This document shows, piece after piece, positions 1 to 9,055 of a stretch of DNA of 37,769 nucleotides. The notes under the pieces were generated by a model. That model did not search any database. It worked only from the letters and a program-made list of their open reading frames with translations, and had not been told where the DNA came from. Every line of letters begins with the position of its first letter. Positions within the stretch are counted from its first letter, which is position 1. Origin of the DNA: a virus (Duplodnaviria > Heunggongvirae > Uroviricota > Caudoviricetes). Made by a program: the position numbers and the translations under genes. The DNA is taken from the IMG/VR virus record IMGVR_UViG_3300045988_180316; one strand, written 5' to 3'.

Positions 1-38
1 TAATGAAACTTTTGAAAAAGTAATTCTTTTTCCATAAG

Positions 39-79
39 GCCCGATTGTTCTGAAAAAGAGCAATCGGGCTTGCTTTTTA
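39..79 (+). terminator. Rho-independent terminator of the upstream (host) gene
   Basis: 12-bp stem GCCCGATTGTTC / GAGCAATCGGGC (39-50 / 58-69) with a 7-nt loop, followed by T-rich TTGCTTTTT. Confidence 0.5.
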
Positions 80-160
80 CTCGTTTTCGCCTCTTTTATG
101 TACGTTTTGTTGCTATTCTGTTTAATAACTGTTAAATATATGCAGATTTCTGACAAAATG

Positions 161-192
161 TTTGGTGGGGTCGGAAAAAAGTCGTACCTTTG
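161..192 (+). promoter_or_regulatory. Bacteroidota-type promoter for the tRNA (-33 TTTG, -7 TAccTTTG)
   Basis: TTTG at 161-164, a 20-nt spacer, then TACCTTTG at 185-192. The tRNA starts about 30 nt downstream. Confidence 0.55.
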
Positions 193-223
193 CACTCGCA
201 ATTCAGAAATGAGTTGATTATAT

Positions 224-299
224 CGCGGTGTGGAGCAGTTGGTAGCTCGCCAGGCTCATAACCTGGAGGTCGCATGTTCGAGTCCTGCCGCCGCAACCA
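224..299 (+). tRNA. tRNA-Met (anticodon CAT), initiator-like
   Basis: Cloverleaf read by hand: acceptor CGCGGTG/CGCCGCA, D-arm GAGC..GCTC, anticodon arm CCAGG-CTCATAA-CCTGG, T-arm GCATG-TTCGAGT-CCTGC, encoded CCA. The C1xA72 mismatch and A11:U24 are initiator hallmarks. It aligns position by position with E. coli tRNA-fMet. Confidence 0.9.
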
Positions 300-301
300 A
301 T

Positions 302-345
302 ATCGGGTAAGAAGTTGGAAACAATATTCTTATCCGATTTTCCGT
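302..345 (+). terminator. Hairpin plus T-run after the tRNA
   Basis: ATCGGGTAAGAA (302-313) pairs with TTCTTATCCGAT (327-338): 12 bp with one G-U pair. TTTCCGTTTT follows. Confidence 0.45.
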
Positions 346-415
346 TTTGGGGAGGGACGGAAACAAAATACTTTATTGTTGAATATCATTGGCTGGCAAC
401 GGACAATGAAAAAAA

Positions 416-1579
416 ATGACTGCAAAAGAAATTGATTTTTTGAGCTCGCGTGAAATAGTAGGTTTCACGCTGCCTGTGTTGCATACCAAGGGCGGTTACT
501 GGTATGTTGACTTTACTGCCTTTGACCCTGTCTCGGGTCGGATGAAGCGCAAGAAGTACATGCTTAATAGGTACAAGACAGACCACAAGAAGCGTATGAT
601 GGGTACCTTGCTTATCCACAATATCACGGCAAAATTGACCGCTGGCTGGAATCCTTGGGTGAATGCCGACAAGTCGAGACAATTCACTGAAATACCAATT
701 ATCTTTAGTCGTTATCGTGATTATATTAAGTCGATGACCGACAAAAAGTCGATGAAGGAAAAGACCTCTATCGACTACCTCAGCCGCCTCAAGACTCTGG
801 AGTCTTTTATCTCTGAGTGCAAGAGTGTCAAATATGCCTATCAGATTGACCGTGCCTTTGCCATCGACTTCTTAGACCACCTGATGTATGACCGTGATGT
901 GAGTGCTACCACAAGAAACAACTATCGCTCTTGGCTTGTGTCCTTCGGCACTTGGCTTATGGATAGAAAATATATCAGCGAGAACCCTGCCATCGACATC
1001 AGAAACATCGCTCAGAAGGAGAAGTTCAGAGACCCTTTGACCGAGGGCGCACTTAAGAAGCTGAAGACTTATCTCTATGATAACAACAGACATTTTCTCT
1101 TGGCTTGCCTCTTTGAATATTATACCTTTATCCGACCGAATGAGTTGACGCAGATAAGAATCAAAGATGTGTCGATTGCTGACCAGACGGTCTTTATCAG
1201 TTCTGCCATCAGCAAGAACCGTAAGGACGGACTTGTGGCATTGAACGATGAAATCTTGAAGCTCATGATAGAGCTGAAGATATTTGAGCATCCGGGACAT
1301 TGTTTTATCTTTGGCAAGGGTTTGAAGCCCGGAGAGGAAAGAGCACCTTATAATCAGCTGAGAGTGGAGTGGGGTAAGATGAGAGATGCGATTGGGTTTC
1401 CGAAGGAGTATCAGTTTTATAGCCTGAAGGACACTGGCATCAGGGATTTGGCGAACGCACAGGGTATCGTGGTCGCCAAGGATCAGGCACGCCACTCTGA
1501 TATATCTGTGACGAATCGATATATCAAGAACCAGATGAAAGTGAACGAGGAGACCAAGCACTTCAAAGGTGGGCTTTAG
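416..1579 (+). CDS. int: Tyrosine recombinase / phage integrase
   Basis: 387 aa. The C-terminal catalytic region reads ...YSLKDTGIRDLA...ARHSDISVTNRYI (box II His/Arg and nucleophile Tyr). The position next to a tRNA fits an integrase. Confidence 0.9.
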   Translation: MTAKEIDFLSSREIVGFTLPVLHTKGGYWYVDFTAFDPVSGRMKRKKYMLNRYKTDHKKRMMGTLLIHNITAKLTAGWNPWVNADKSRQFTEIPIIFSRYRDYIKSMTDKKSMKEKTSIDYLSRLKTLESFISECKSVKYAYQIDRAFAIDFLDHLMYDRDVSATTRNNYRSWLVSFGTWLMDRKYISENPAIDIRNIAQKEKFRDPLTEGALKKLKTYLYDNNRHFLLACLFEYYTFIRPNELTQIRIKDVSIADQTVFISSAISKNRKDGLVALNDEILKLMIELKIFEHPGHCFIFGKGLKPGEERAPYNQLRVEWGKMRDAIGFPKEYQFYSLKDTGIRDLANAQGIVVAKDQARHSDISVTNRYIKNQMKVNEETKHFKGGL

Positions 1580-1597
1580 TCTCCTCGATGAGGTGGT

Positions 1598-1643
1598 GTC
1601 GTGGCTTCGCTGGTTTGTGTTTGATGAGTAGCGAAGTTACGAC
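1598..1643. terminator. Hairpin between the convergent int and tail genes
   Basis: 14-bp stem GTCGTGGCTTCGCT / AGCGAAGTTACGAC with 2 G-U pairs and an 18-nt loop. No clear U-run is present. Confidence 0.3.
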
Positions 1644-3535
1644 ATCATATAAAAATATCCTGTATAGATAGGCTCAATCTGGTCATCCTTGACCTCCATC
1701 TCTATTTTTTCGCATACGAATTTTTTGTTGTGTATGATGTATGTGTGAGATGGGTCAGGGATGGTATCAGATTGAAATTTTACCTGAAGGCAGTTTTTGT
1801 TGTCTATCTTGAGACCGCTGTCGTGGAGCTCACCCAAACAGGTTCCTGCTTGCCAAGCCTTGTTTAGGGATAGGGAAGCCATCAGAACGGTTGGAAACGT
1901 GCCAATATTGCCAGGATCGAGCAACTCCATCCTATACATGGAATTGATGCGGCTGTCAGTCATGAACTGCTGCCATCTGGACTTCTCCCCTACCCATGAG
2001 ACGTTGCCATTGAGTGGGTGTTCGTATTTTTGAACTTTGCCAGGCACTATGAAAAACACATTCATGCACTCCTGGTCATCCTCGGAATCATCCAAGGTGG
2101 ACTCATCATCGATGGCATCCTGTATGGAGACGTAGTTGTAGCCATCCTCGTCTGTGTCGCTCTCTTTGGCTTCGGCTTCTTTGTCGTTTGGCATAGACAG
2201 GAGGCAGCGCCATTCGCTGTGTTTACCCTCAAAAAGAAAAGACCTAAAGCTAACATTTTCCACGACCTGTGCTGCTGGGGATATGTTGAGGTCTGTGTAA
2301 TCATCGGAGGAGTTATCCCTTATCAGTGGCGACCAGACACCAGCCAACTGCCAGCTCTTGTTGCCGTCGGTATCCTCGACATATATATAATAATCGCTGC
2401 CCAGATGACGGATGATGGTGGTGCGCTTCTTCTTCTCGGACCATCCACTGGTAGTGGCAGGAAACTGAAAGTTGGTACCAACGGCTGTCTCGAACGAATC
2501 GACTATATCGAAATTATCAAAAACTTTTTTGGGAATGACTTCGTAATCACCTCTGTTGGCTGAGTCGCCTAAGTTGTACTGCAGGTTGGCTGTCGATGAG
2601 GTTGAGAACGAACCATCGGCATCGTAGTCGGTGGTGTACTCGTCGAGTGTCTCTATCTCTACGGAGTCGGCGGATGATAGCTCTGAGGACTTGATGACCT
2701 GACAAGTCTTTTTGATGTCGTCGAAGTATATGGTGGCGTTGAAGAGCTTGCGGAACTCCTCGATGAAGGTGTAGCTAGTCCAATGAGGAAGGGCACGGCG
2801 AAGCTCTAGGGTCTTGAAGGCGGAGGCGATGTAGAGCAAGTTCCATGGAGAAACATCGAGGTCGTTGCGTGTGAGGGTGTAGCCCTCGTAGGCGATGACT
2901 CGCTTGAAGATGTACATCAGGTTGGGCTGCACGGCGACGTTGCTGATGTATGGATCTTTGCTGCCTATGAAATTGCCCGTGCGGTCAACGCCCACGAAAT
3001 TGGCTATCATGTCGTTGGTCTCGTCTCTGACTGGCATGAAGCACCACTTGCCCTGCTCGCCCAGAAACTTGCTCTGGTCGGCGACGAGCCTATAGACGGA
3101 TTGAACCTTGGGGATGTTTTTCCAGCCCTGTGAAAAACCTTTATCTACCGTATAGCCTGGTGCGGATGCCTTGCCGAAGTCTATCTCGTCGATGTAGTGC
3201 TTGGTCATCTTGTCGTTGAACTTGATGCGAGACTTGCCGCCCACTATCTGAAGCTTTATCTCAGAGTCGGTGACGCTGATGATGGTACCCACGCCAGAGA
3301 GTACCAGGCGACCGCTCACGTAAAGCTTGCAATCGTTGTAGGTCTGGGTGGATTTGGAGACATCGAAGCGGCTCACGTTGTGGAAAACTCGGCGGTTGGG
3401 CATTATTGCCATGGGGAAATTGATGTCGTAGGAGTATTCGCCATCGTCGGTGACGTATTGGTTGGCGTATGTGAGCTTGATGGATTGGCTGGCAGCCGGA
3501 TAGGCTGCCATGCCATTGATGATGCATGTTATCAT
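1637..3535 (-). CDS. Tail protein downstream of the tape measure (distal tail / tail-tip candidate)
   Basis: 632-aa ORF with ATG at 3535, 33 nt after the tape-measure stop. The function is inferred from position only. Confidence 0.5.
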   Translation of the reverse strand: MITCIINGMAAYPAASQSIKLTYANQYVTDDGEYSYDINFPMAIMPNRRVFHNVSRFDVSKSTQTYNDCKLYVSGRLVLSGVGTIISVTDSEIKLQIVGGKSRIKFNDKMTKHYIDEIDFGKASAPGYTVDKGFSQGWKNIPKVQSVYRLVADQSKFLGEQGKWCFMPVRDETNDMIANFVGVDRTGNFIGSKDPYISNVAVQPNLMYIFKRVIAYEGYTLTRNDLDVSPWNLLYIASAFKTLELRRALPHWTSYTFIEEFRKLFNATIYFDDIKKTCQVIKSSELSSADSVEIETLDEYTTDYDADGSFSTSSTANLQYNLGDSANRGDYEVIPKKVFDNFDIVDSFETAVGTNFQFPATTSGWSEKKKRTTIIRHLGSDYYIYVEDTDGNKSWQLAGVWSPLIRDNSSDDYTDLNISPAAQVVENVSFRSFLFEGKHSEWRCLLSMPNDKEAEAKESDTDEDGYNYVSIQDAIDDESTLDDSEDDQECMNVFFIVPGKVQKYEHPLNGNVSWVGEKSRWQQFMTDSRINSMYRMELLDPGNIGTFPTVLMASLSLNKAWQAGTCLGELHDSGLKIDNKNCLQVKFQSDTIPDPSHTYIIHNKKFVCEKIEMEVKDDQIEPIYTGYFYMMS

Positions 3536-3568
3536 AAACTTATCATAAATGAGGTTTGATGAAAACCG

Positions 3569-6500
3569 TTATTTGTTTGACTTCATTTTTTGATATTGGC
3601 TCCATTGGCGGTCGAAGCCATCGGGGCCGGTGATGACCACGTATGACTTGATGCCAGCGTTGAGCTGCTCGTTGAGTCTGTCGATGGTGGTATGCACGCT
3701 ATCGAGGGATGCGCCCATCTGCTCGGTGTCGCCACCTGATACGTTGACCACTGGGGCGACCACGGCTGCGCTGCCTGTGCCCATGGCACGGCTCACGTCT
3801 TGGGCGGTGAGCGAGGCGACCGTGTTGTTGCGCTGCGCCATATCGATGAGCTGCAGGGCAGGGAGGAGCTGAGGATTGTTGACGGCGTTGTGGTTGGCGA
3901 CGAACTCGCCAGCGTGAACCACGCCAGCCTCTTTCTTGTAATTGCCAGGACCAGTGAAACCACCCTCGTAATAGCCAGCCGCCTCTGCCTGGTGCTGCTT
4001 TTTGATTGTTGCTATCTGGAGCATGCCCGCTGCGGTGGCGAGACCTGCGGCGATAGGACCAAGGATGTGACCCACCACTGGGATGGCTGCGGCTGATGAG
4101 TAGGCGTTGATGGCAGCCATGGCGGTTGAAGCTATGGCTTGTGCGATCTCTATCTTCATCGCCTTTTTGTTGGCCTTGCTCTTGGCTGCAGCCACCTCTT
4201 TGTCTCGCTTCGCCTCGAGACGCTTTTTCTTGGCTGAGTTGTTGCCAGCGGCAGAAATCTGCTTATCGTAGTTTTTCTCGATCTTGGCGACCTCTAGGTC
4301 TGAGCATGCCTGGGAGTAGGCGGAGGCAGCGCCCATCATCGTGTTGATGCTGCTGAAGGCAGCGCCAGCGATGGAGGCTATCTCTTGATAGGTCTCTTTG
4401 TTCATCTGCTTTTTGGCATCCTGGTATTGCTGCTCGCTGATTTTATCCTCGTCTCGAAGCTTCTGAAGGTTTTGGTTGACCATCTTTTGCTGTTGGATGG
4501 CTGCGATGGCACCACCTGCGATTGTGGCGAGGTTGTCGCTGCCCATGGCATTACTGTTGTCGCCATTGCCCTTGGTCATCTTTTTGGCGGTGTCGAGGGC
4601 GGTGTTGGCATCCTCTTTGCGCTGCTCATCGGCGGTAGGCTTGTATGAGGCGTATTTGTTGGCGATGCCCATCTTTGTGCGCTGGTATTCCTCCTCTCTG
4701 ATGAGACCTGCCTTGTAGATGGCTTCGAGCCCCTGCAGCTCTAGTTGCATCTGCTCTTCGTTGCCGAGCTTGCCGTATTCTTGGCGCAGCTGAAGGAGTT
4801 GTTCGTCGTGTTGCTTCTGAAGGTCGTATTTGCGTTGCTGTTGGGTCAGCTCTCGCTCTTTCTCGATCTGGGCGTACTCGTCAGATGAGGAGAGGTAGAG
4901 GGCTTGTTTTTTGTTGAGATAGTCCTGGTATGAGAGAAAGAGAGCCTCGTTGACGGCATCCTCATTGTGATAGAGGTTGGAGTCTTTGTTGTAGTAATCG
5001 GCATTGAGCTTCATTTCTTTTTTCTGTCGCTCGGTCTCCAGGGCTTCGAGGTCGGCGGTCTGCTTTTTCTCGTAGTCGGCAGCGATGTTTTCTTTCTCTG
5101 CATTGAGTCGCTTGTACTCTTCGCTCTCAGCCTCGCCATACTTTTTGAGAATGTCGAGGCGATCCTGAAGCCCCTGCTCTTTGATATTCTTCATCTTCTC
5201 GTTGTATTCGGCGAGTCGAATCTGACCTGTAGCGTAGAGGGTCTTGGCATCGAGCTCTTCGGCTTGGTTGGCTTTCTTAGCATCGTCTAGCTCTTTTTTC
5301 ATGTCGGCCTTGCGCTTTGCCTCTGCCTTGCGAGCGGCAGCCTCACGTTTCTTTTTCTCCTTTTCGGCAGCTTTGCGCTCTTTCTCGGTCATGGTATGGC
5401 CAGAGGAAGGGGTGGTGTGTGTCTCTGTAGTTGCGCTATTGTTTAGTAAATTCTTCTTTACAGTCTTGTTGTACTGTTTCTGCAAATTTACGTTTTTCTC
5501 TAATTGCTGATTATAGAAATTCTCTTCAGCATTGACTTGCTTTTGCAGGCTTAGGTTTGCCTGTAGTCTTTGCGTATGAACTTGCTTTTGCTTCTCGTTA
5601 CTCTTCAGTGCCTCGTTTTGTTCGATGAGCTGACCTGTCCATCCATCAGCCACGGCATTGCTCTCATATTGCTTAGGATGAGCCTTGCGCTCAGCATCGA
5701 CAGCCTTCAGCGAATATCGTATGCGGCTTTCTTTTTGTTTGAGTTCCAGTTTCTTTTTATTGATTTCCACCTTGCGCTCATAGATGGCTTCTGCCATGGC
5801 AGCATTTTCTAGCTCCTTGATGTAGTTTTGGATGGCAATCTGGTTGTCGTTATACAACTTGCCCTCTTTGGAGATAGAGGCGTGATATTCTGGGACGAGC
5901 TTTATCATATTTGCGATAGCTTGCTTTCGCTCGTCAACGGTATAGGCATTGGAGTGGATAACCTTGTTGAGCATATCGACCTTGTTGCGCTCATCGAGGG
6001 TAGCATCAGACACCTTTTTGGCGAGGCTGGCTTGAGCCTCTGCCACTGCTCTGTTGTTTTTAGCCTCTTGCGTGTTGTTGCGCATCGCCTCGTTGTAAGA
6101 TGTTATGGCTTTGTATGCCCCATAGGCAGCCACGCCCACCACGGTGATGACTGTGGCGAGGGCAGCCCATGGATTGGTGAGACTTGCTAGGCGTGCTGCC
6201 CTCATCACCACGATGTAGCCCTGTATGCCTTTTGTGAGATAAGCCCATGTGGCTTGCAGTGCCACTAAGGCAGCACGCAAGAGTGTAGATGTAGCGGTAT
6301 AAGCTTTATCGACAGCTGAAGCGTATTGTACGGCGGCTGTTTTAATCTTAATGGCGATGGTCTCCTTGTACCAGAGAGCAGTACAAACAGCGATGGCTGT
6401 TGACAGCACGGCTATTTGTTTTGCATAGGTGACGGTGAAGGTGATGAGCGTGGACATGACCTTTATGGTCAGACTGAATGATGTGATGCCATATTTCATG

Positions 6501-7915
6501 GCAGGGATGAGTTTTTCTCCGAGTTCGATGGTGAGGTCTTGGAATCGCTTCTTGGCTTTGTCTAGTTCTGCCTGTACCGTTGTATTCTGGGTATTGAACT
6601 CATTGATGACACTGGTACCGTCGGCATACGACTTGGTGGCGATGTCTTGCGCCTCTTTCACTTGGTCGAGGTGTGTAGCCACGGCGGAGAGAACGCCCAC
6701 GGCACGGGTGCCGTTAAGCTGCATCTCCTCAAACATCGGTGCCATCTCGGCGAAACCACCCTTTGACTTCATGGCTTGCATGAACTTCATCAAGCCCTCG
6801 TTGGCGTTGGTCTTCATCAGGTTGGAGAACTCCTTGACCTGCATGCCCGCTATCTTGGCGAACTTGGCTGGCTCTTGGTACATCTTGGTGATGAGCTGTG
6901 AGAAGACGGTGGCGGAAGTCGCCTCCTCTTGCATATTTTGGTCGAGGGCAGAGGCGAGACCCATGAGCTGTGCCTGGGTCATGCCGGCCTGGATGCCGAC
7001 ACCTGAGAGGTCGGCAGTGAAATCGACGATGTAGCCAGCGTTGGCTGATGAGCTTTGTGCCAGCTCATTGACGGCGGAACCTGTGGCGAGCATCGCACCA
7101 CGAAGGCCTTTGGTCTTATCCTCACCAAACATCTGGGCGAGCTTGCCGATTTTATCGACCGCCCCCTTGCCGAGGTCATCGCCGAGGGCGACATTGATTT
7201 TGTCGGCACCATCAACGAACTCCTCGATCATCTCTTTGCTGGTGATGCCGAGGCGACCGGCAGAGCCAGCCAGCTCGTTGAGCTGCTCACGAGCCGTGCG
7301 GGTATCCATGCGCTTGAAGTCCTCGTTCATCTGATGAACTTGCTCATCGGTCTGACCTGTATATTTGCGCACGTCAGCCATCGACTCCTCCATGTCGGCG
7401 TAGGCTTGAGCTGCAGCTCTCAAAGTAAGAGTGAGTGTGGTGAGACTGCCCAGTATCTGGGTGAAGGCACCCCAGTTTTTGTTAAGACCATCCCACATTC
7501 TAGAGAACAAACTTCTGGAAGCTTTACCTTCGTCGTTGATGTGCTGCATCTCTGCTCGCACTTGCTTTAATTGCTTTTGCAGTTTTTTCCATTCGTCTGA
7601 GTTGCGCTTGATGGCACCGCTTTTCAACTCTCTGTTGAGAGCCTTGGCGACTAGTTGCAGCTCCTTGTATGATGCAGAAGAAAGATTGTTGAGAACTTGG
7701 TTAACCTTCTCTTGGCTAGTCATGTATGCTTTTGTCTCAGCCTTTAATCTCTTTATCTGTCGTTCGAGGGCTGTTGTTGACTCGCCCTTTGCATAAGCCT
7801 CGTCTCTGGCTTTTTGCACTTCTTTCAGCTTGTTTTGCAATTCGTTGAGTTTATCCTTAGCCTCTTTGGTGTCAAGAATAACTCTGCTAACATGGGTATC
7901 TGTATTTGTTGCCAT
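3569..7915 (-). CDS. Tail tape measure protein
   Basis: 1448 aa. It has N- and C-terminal coiled coils, a TP901-type core (...NELAGSAGRLGITSKEM..., ...EATSATVFSQLITKMYQEP...) and central hydrophobic helices. Confidence 0.9.
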   Translation of the reverse strand: MATNTDTHVSRVILDTKEAKDKLNELQNKLKEVQKARDEAYAKGESTTALERQIKRLKAETKAYMTSQEKVNQVLNNLSSASYKELQLVAKALNRELKSGAIKRNSDEWKKLQKQLKQVRAEMQHINDEGKASRSLFSRMWDGLNKNWGAFTQILGSLTTLTLTLRAAAQAYADMEESMADVRKYTGQTDEQVHQMNEDFKRMDTRTAREQLNELAGSAGRLGITSKEMIEEFVDGADKINVALGDDLGKGAVDKIGKLAQMFGEDKTKGLRGAMLATGSAVNELAQSSSANAGYIVDFTADLSGVGIQAGMTQAQLMGLASALDQNMQEEATSATVFSQLITKMYQEPAKFAKIAGMQVKEFSNLMKTNANEGLMKFMQAMKSKGGFAEMAPMFEEMQLNGTRAVGVLSAVATHLDQVKEAQDIATKSYADGTSVINEFNTQNTTVQAELDKAKKRFQDLTIELGEKLIPAMKYGITSFSLTIKVMSTLITFTVTYAKQIAVLSTAIAVCTALWYKETIAIKIKTAAVQYASAVDKAYTATSTLLRAALVALQATWAYLTKGIQGYIVVMRAARLASLTNPWAALATVITVVGVAAYGAYKAITSYNEAMRNNTQEAKNNRAVAEAQASLAKKVSDATLDERNKVDMLNKVIHSNAYTVDERKQAIANMIKLVPEYHASISKEGKLYNDNQIAIQNYIKELENAAMAEAIYERKVEINKKKLELKQKESRIRYSLKAVDAERKAHPKQYESNAVADGWTGQLIEQNEALKSNEKQKQVHTQRLQANLSLQKQVNAEENFYNQQLEKNVNLQKQYNKTVKKNLLNNSATTETHTTPSSGHTMTEKERKAAEKEKKKREAAARKAEAKRKADMKKELDDAKKANQAEELDAKTLYATGQIRLAEYNEKMKNIKEQGLQDRLDILKKYGEAESEEYKRLNAEKENIAADYEKKQTADLEALETERQKKEMKLNADYYNKDSNLYHNEDAVNEALFLSYQDYLNKKQALYLSSSDEYAQIEKERELTQQQRKYDLQKQHDEQLLQLRQEYGKLGNEEQMQLELQGLEAIYKAGLIREEEYQRTKMGIANKYASYKPTADEQRKEDANTALDTAKKMTKGNGDNSNAMGSDNLATIAGGAIAAIQQQKMVNQNLQKLRDEDKISEQQYQDAKKQMNKETYQEIASIAGAAFSSINTMMGAASAYSQACSDLEVAKIEKNYDKQISAAGNNSAKKKRLEAKRDKEVAAAKSKANKKAMKIEIAQAIASTAMAAINAYSSAAAIPVVGHILGPIAAGLATAAGMLQIATIKKQHQAEAAGYYEGGFTGPGNYKKEAGVVHAGEFVANHNAVNNPQLLPALQLIDMAQRNNTVASLTAQDVSRAMGTGSAAVVAPVVNVSGGDTEQMGASLDSVHTTIDRLNEQLNAGIKSYVVITGPDGFDRQWSQYQKMKSNK

Positions 7916-7937
7916 AATTGAATATTTTATTTTATGG

Positions 7938-7945
7938 CAAAGGTA
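7938..7945 (-). promoter_or_regulatory. -7 box (TAccTTTG on the minus strand) for the tape-measure gene
   Basis: Plus-strand CAAAGGTA lies 23 nt upstream of ATG 7915. Confidence 0.5.
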
Positions 7946-7960
7946 ATAAGGAGGAAAATA

Positions 7961-8000
7961 TAATAAAAATACGAGACCGTATGTATTGCGGTCTCGTATT
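7961..8000 (-). terminator. Rho-independent terminator
   Basis: 12-bp stem AATACGAGACCG (7968-7979) / CGGTCTCGTATT (7989-8000) with a U-run on the minus strand (plus TAATAAAA). Confidence 0.7.
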
Positions 8001-8341
8001 TACTTGGTTATCTCTTGCTCTTTTTTAAAGAACTCGTATGCAAGATTGTTTGCATCCCAAACAAGATATTTCTTGTTGGTGTTTCTGAGTGTCTGTTTAT
8101 CACCTGTTATGGAGTTTGCTATCGTGACGCAGAAGAATCTGCCTCGCTTTACGATTTCGGTTGCCGTATTGTTTGGCGATGCCAGTCTTATAGGCTCGTC
8201 AAAATTCTCATCAAAAGTATCAAACAATGGTTCGGAAGCCACTGTGGCTGGGCAAGAACTATTGCCAAGCTTGTCGAGACCTTTGAGGAGTGCAACTGTT
8301 ATAATCGCTAGTATCCAGCATCCAAATATAGTCGTAATCAT
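8000..8341 (-). CDS. Small membrane-anchored protein (low-GC moron)
   Basis: ATG at 8341 gives MITTIFGCWILAIITVALLKG..., an N-terminal TM helix. The track start at 8539 adds an implausible AT-rich leader. Local GC is much lower than in the flanks. Confidence 0.55.
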   Translation of the reverse strand: MITTIFGCWILAIITVALLKGLDKLGNSSCPATVASEPLFDTFDENFDEPIRLASPNNTATEIVKRGRFFCVTIANSITGDKQTLRNTNKKYLVWDANNLAYEFFKKEQEITK

Positions 8342-8428
8342 AATTTGCAAGTTTATTATTATCTTTGTTGCAAATTTAATAATAATATTTGGAATATGCA
8401 AGTATTTTGTGTTAAATCTTTGATTTGT

Positions 8429-8459
8429 TTTGCGGTATGGTGGAAAAATATTATATTTG
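8429..8459 (+). promoter_or_regulatory. Canonical Bacteroidota promoter on the PLUS strand
   Basis: TTTG at 8429-8432, a 19-nt spacer, then TATATTTG at 8452-8459. ATG 8485 lies about 19 nt after the predicted TSS. Confidence 0.6.
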
Positions 8460-8484
8460 CAGTGGCAATTTAATTTTAGAAAGT

Positions 8485-8586
8485 ATGAATAAAGATTTTG
8501 CTTTAATATTGGTAAACATAATATGCGCCTTAACGGCATTTGTTTGTATGATAATCACTATTGTTATTTCATTAGTGAGATTATAA
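8485..8586 (+). CDS. 33-aa hydrophobic peptide (not in the ORF track because it is under 60 aa)
   Basis: Hand translation: MNKDFALILVNIICALTAFVCMIITIVISLVRL*. It has one TM helix and polar ends. Its 3' end overlaps the convergent gene 8564-8920 by 23 nt. Confidence 0.5.
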   Translation: MNKDFALILVNIICALTAFVCMIITIVISLVRL

Positions 8587-8920
8587 TAGTAATACACATA
8601 GATGCGATTGTAATAATCGTGCAAATGATATTGATATATTCTTTGTATTCTTTCAGAAGTGTCAGTCTCTCCTGTCTTCTCTTCTGTTTGTTATAGCCTT
8701 TCTTGGCAGCATTCTCCCCTTGTGGTGTCAGCTTATAATAAGCTTCTCCCCACTCATAAACAAGTCCCTCGTCTTGAAGTGATTGTAGAACATCGTATGG
8801 CTCAATGTCATATCCATACGTATCATTTATAGCACTGTGTACATCGTCTTTGTTAGGACTACCTTCTAAGAACTGGCTTAAAATGAAATCTGCGATTTCT
8901 ATTTGCTTTTTAGTCATCAT
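8564..8920 (-). CDS. Winged-helix-like protein with a C-terminal TM helix (low-GC moron)
   Basis: ATG-ATG at 8920/8917 gives MMTKKQIEIADFILSQ... ending ...INIICTIITIASMCITIIISLMK. The track start at 9004 is GTG and would translate through a terminator-like hairpin. Confidence 0.6.
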   Translation of the reverse strand: MMTKKQIEIADFILSQFLEGSPNKDDVHSAINDTYGYDIEPYDVLQSLQDEGLVYEWGEAYYKLTPQGENAAKKGYNKQKRRQERLTLLKEYKEYINIICTIITIASMCITIIISLMK

Positions 8921-8923
8921 AAT

Positions 8924-8972
8924 CAAATAAAAACGGCTCGTGCATCGGGAGGGCAGTCCTTCAGCACGAGCC
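8924..8972 (-). terminator. Terminator-like hairpin in the 5' leader, directly upstream of ATG 8920
   Basis: Minus strand reads GGCTCGTGC-(20 nt)-GCACGAGCC, then GTTTTTATTTGATT-ATG. Confidence 0.45.
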
Positions 8973-9055
8973 ATTAACAGCTGTATATCTTTATGTCTTG
9001 CCACTCATGAGACCTGCCCGAATCATGTTTGACATCATTGTCTTTAAATATGGTG

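Noticed and set aside
8342-8376. AT-rich 9-bp inverted repeat AATTTGCAA-N17-TTGCAAATT, with a plus-strand TATCTTTG (8360-8367), upstream of gene 8000-8341.
   Set aside because: The plus-strand box lacks a correctly spaced -33 element, and such palindromes arise easily in AT-rich DNA. It may be an operator, but the evidence is too weak to report as a feature.
7916-8563. Tail-assembly chaperone pair with a -1 frameshift upstream of the tape measure.
   Set aside because: The genes upstream of the tape measure are low-GC membrane morons separated from it by a terminator and promoter. No slippery heptamer or overlapping-ORF arrangement was seen.
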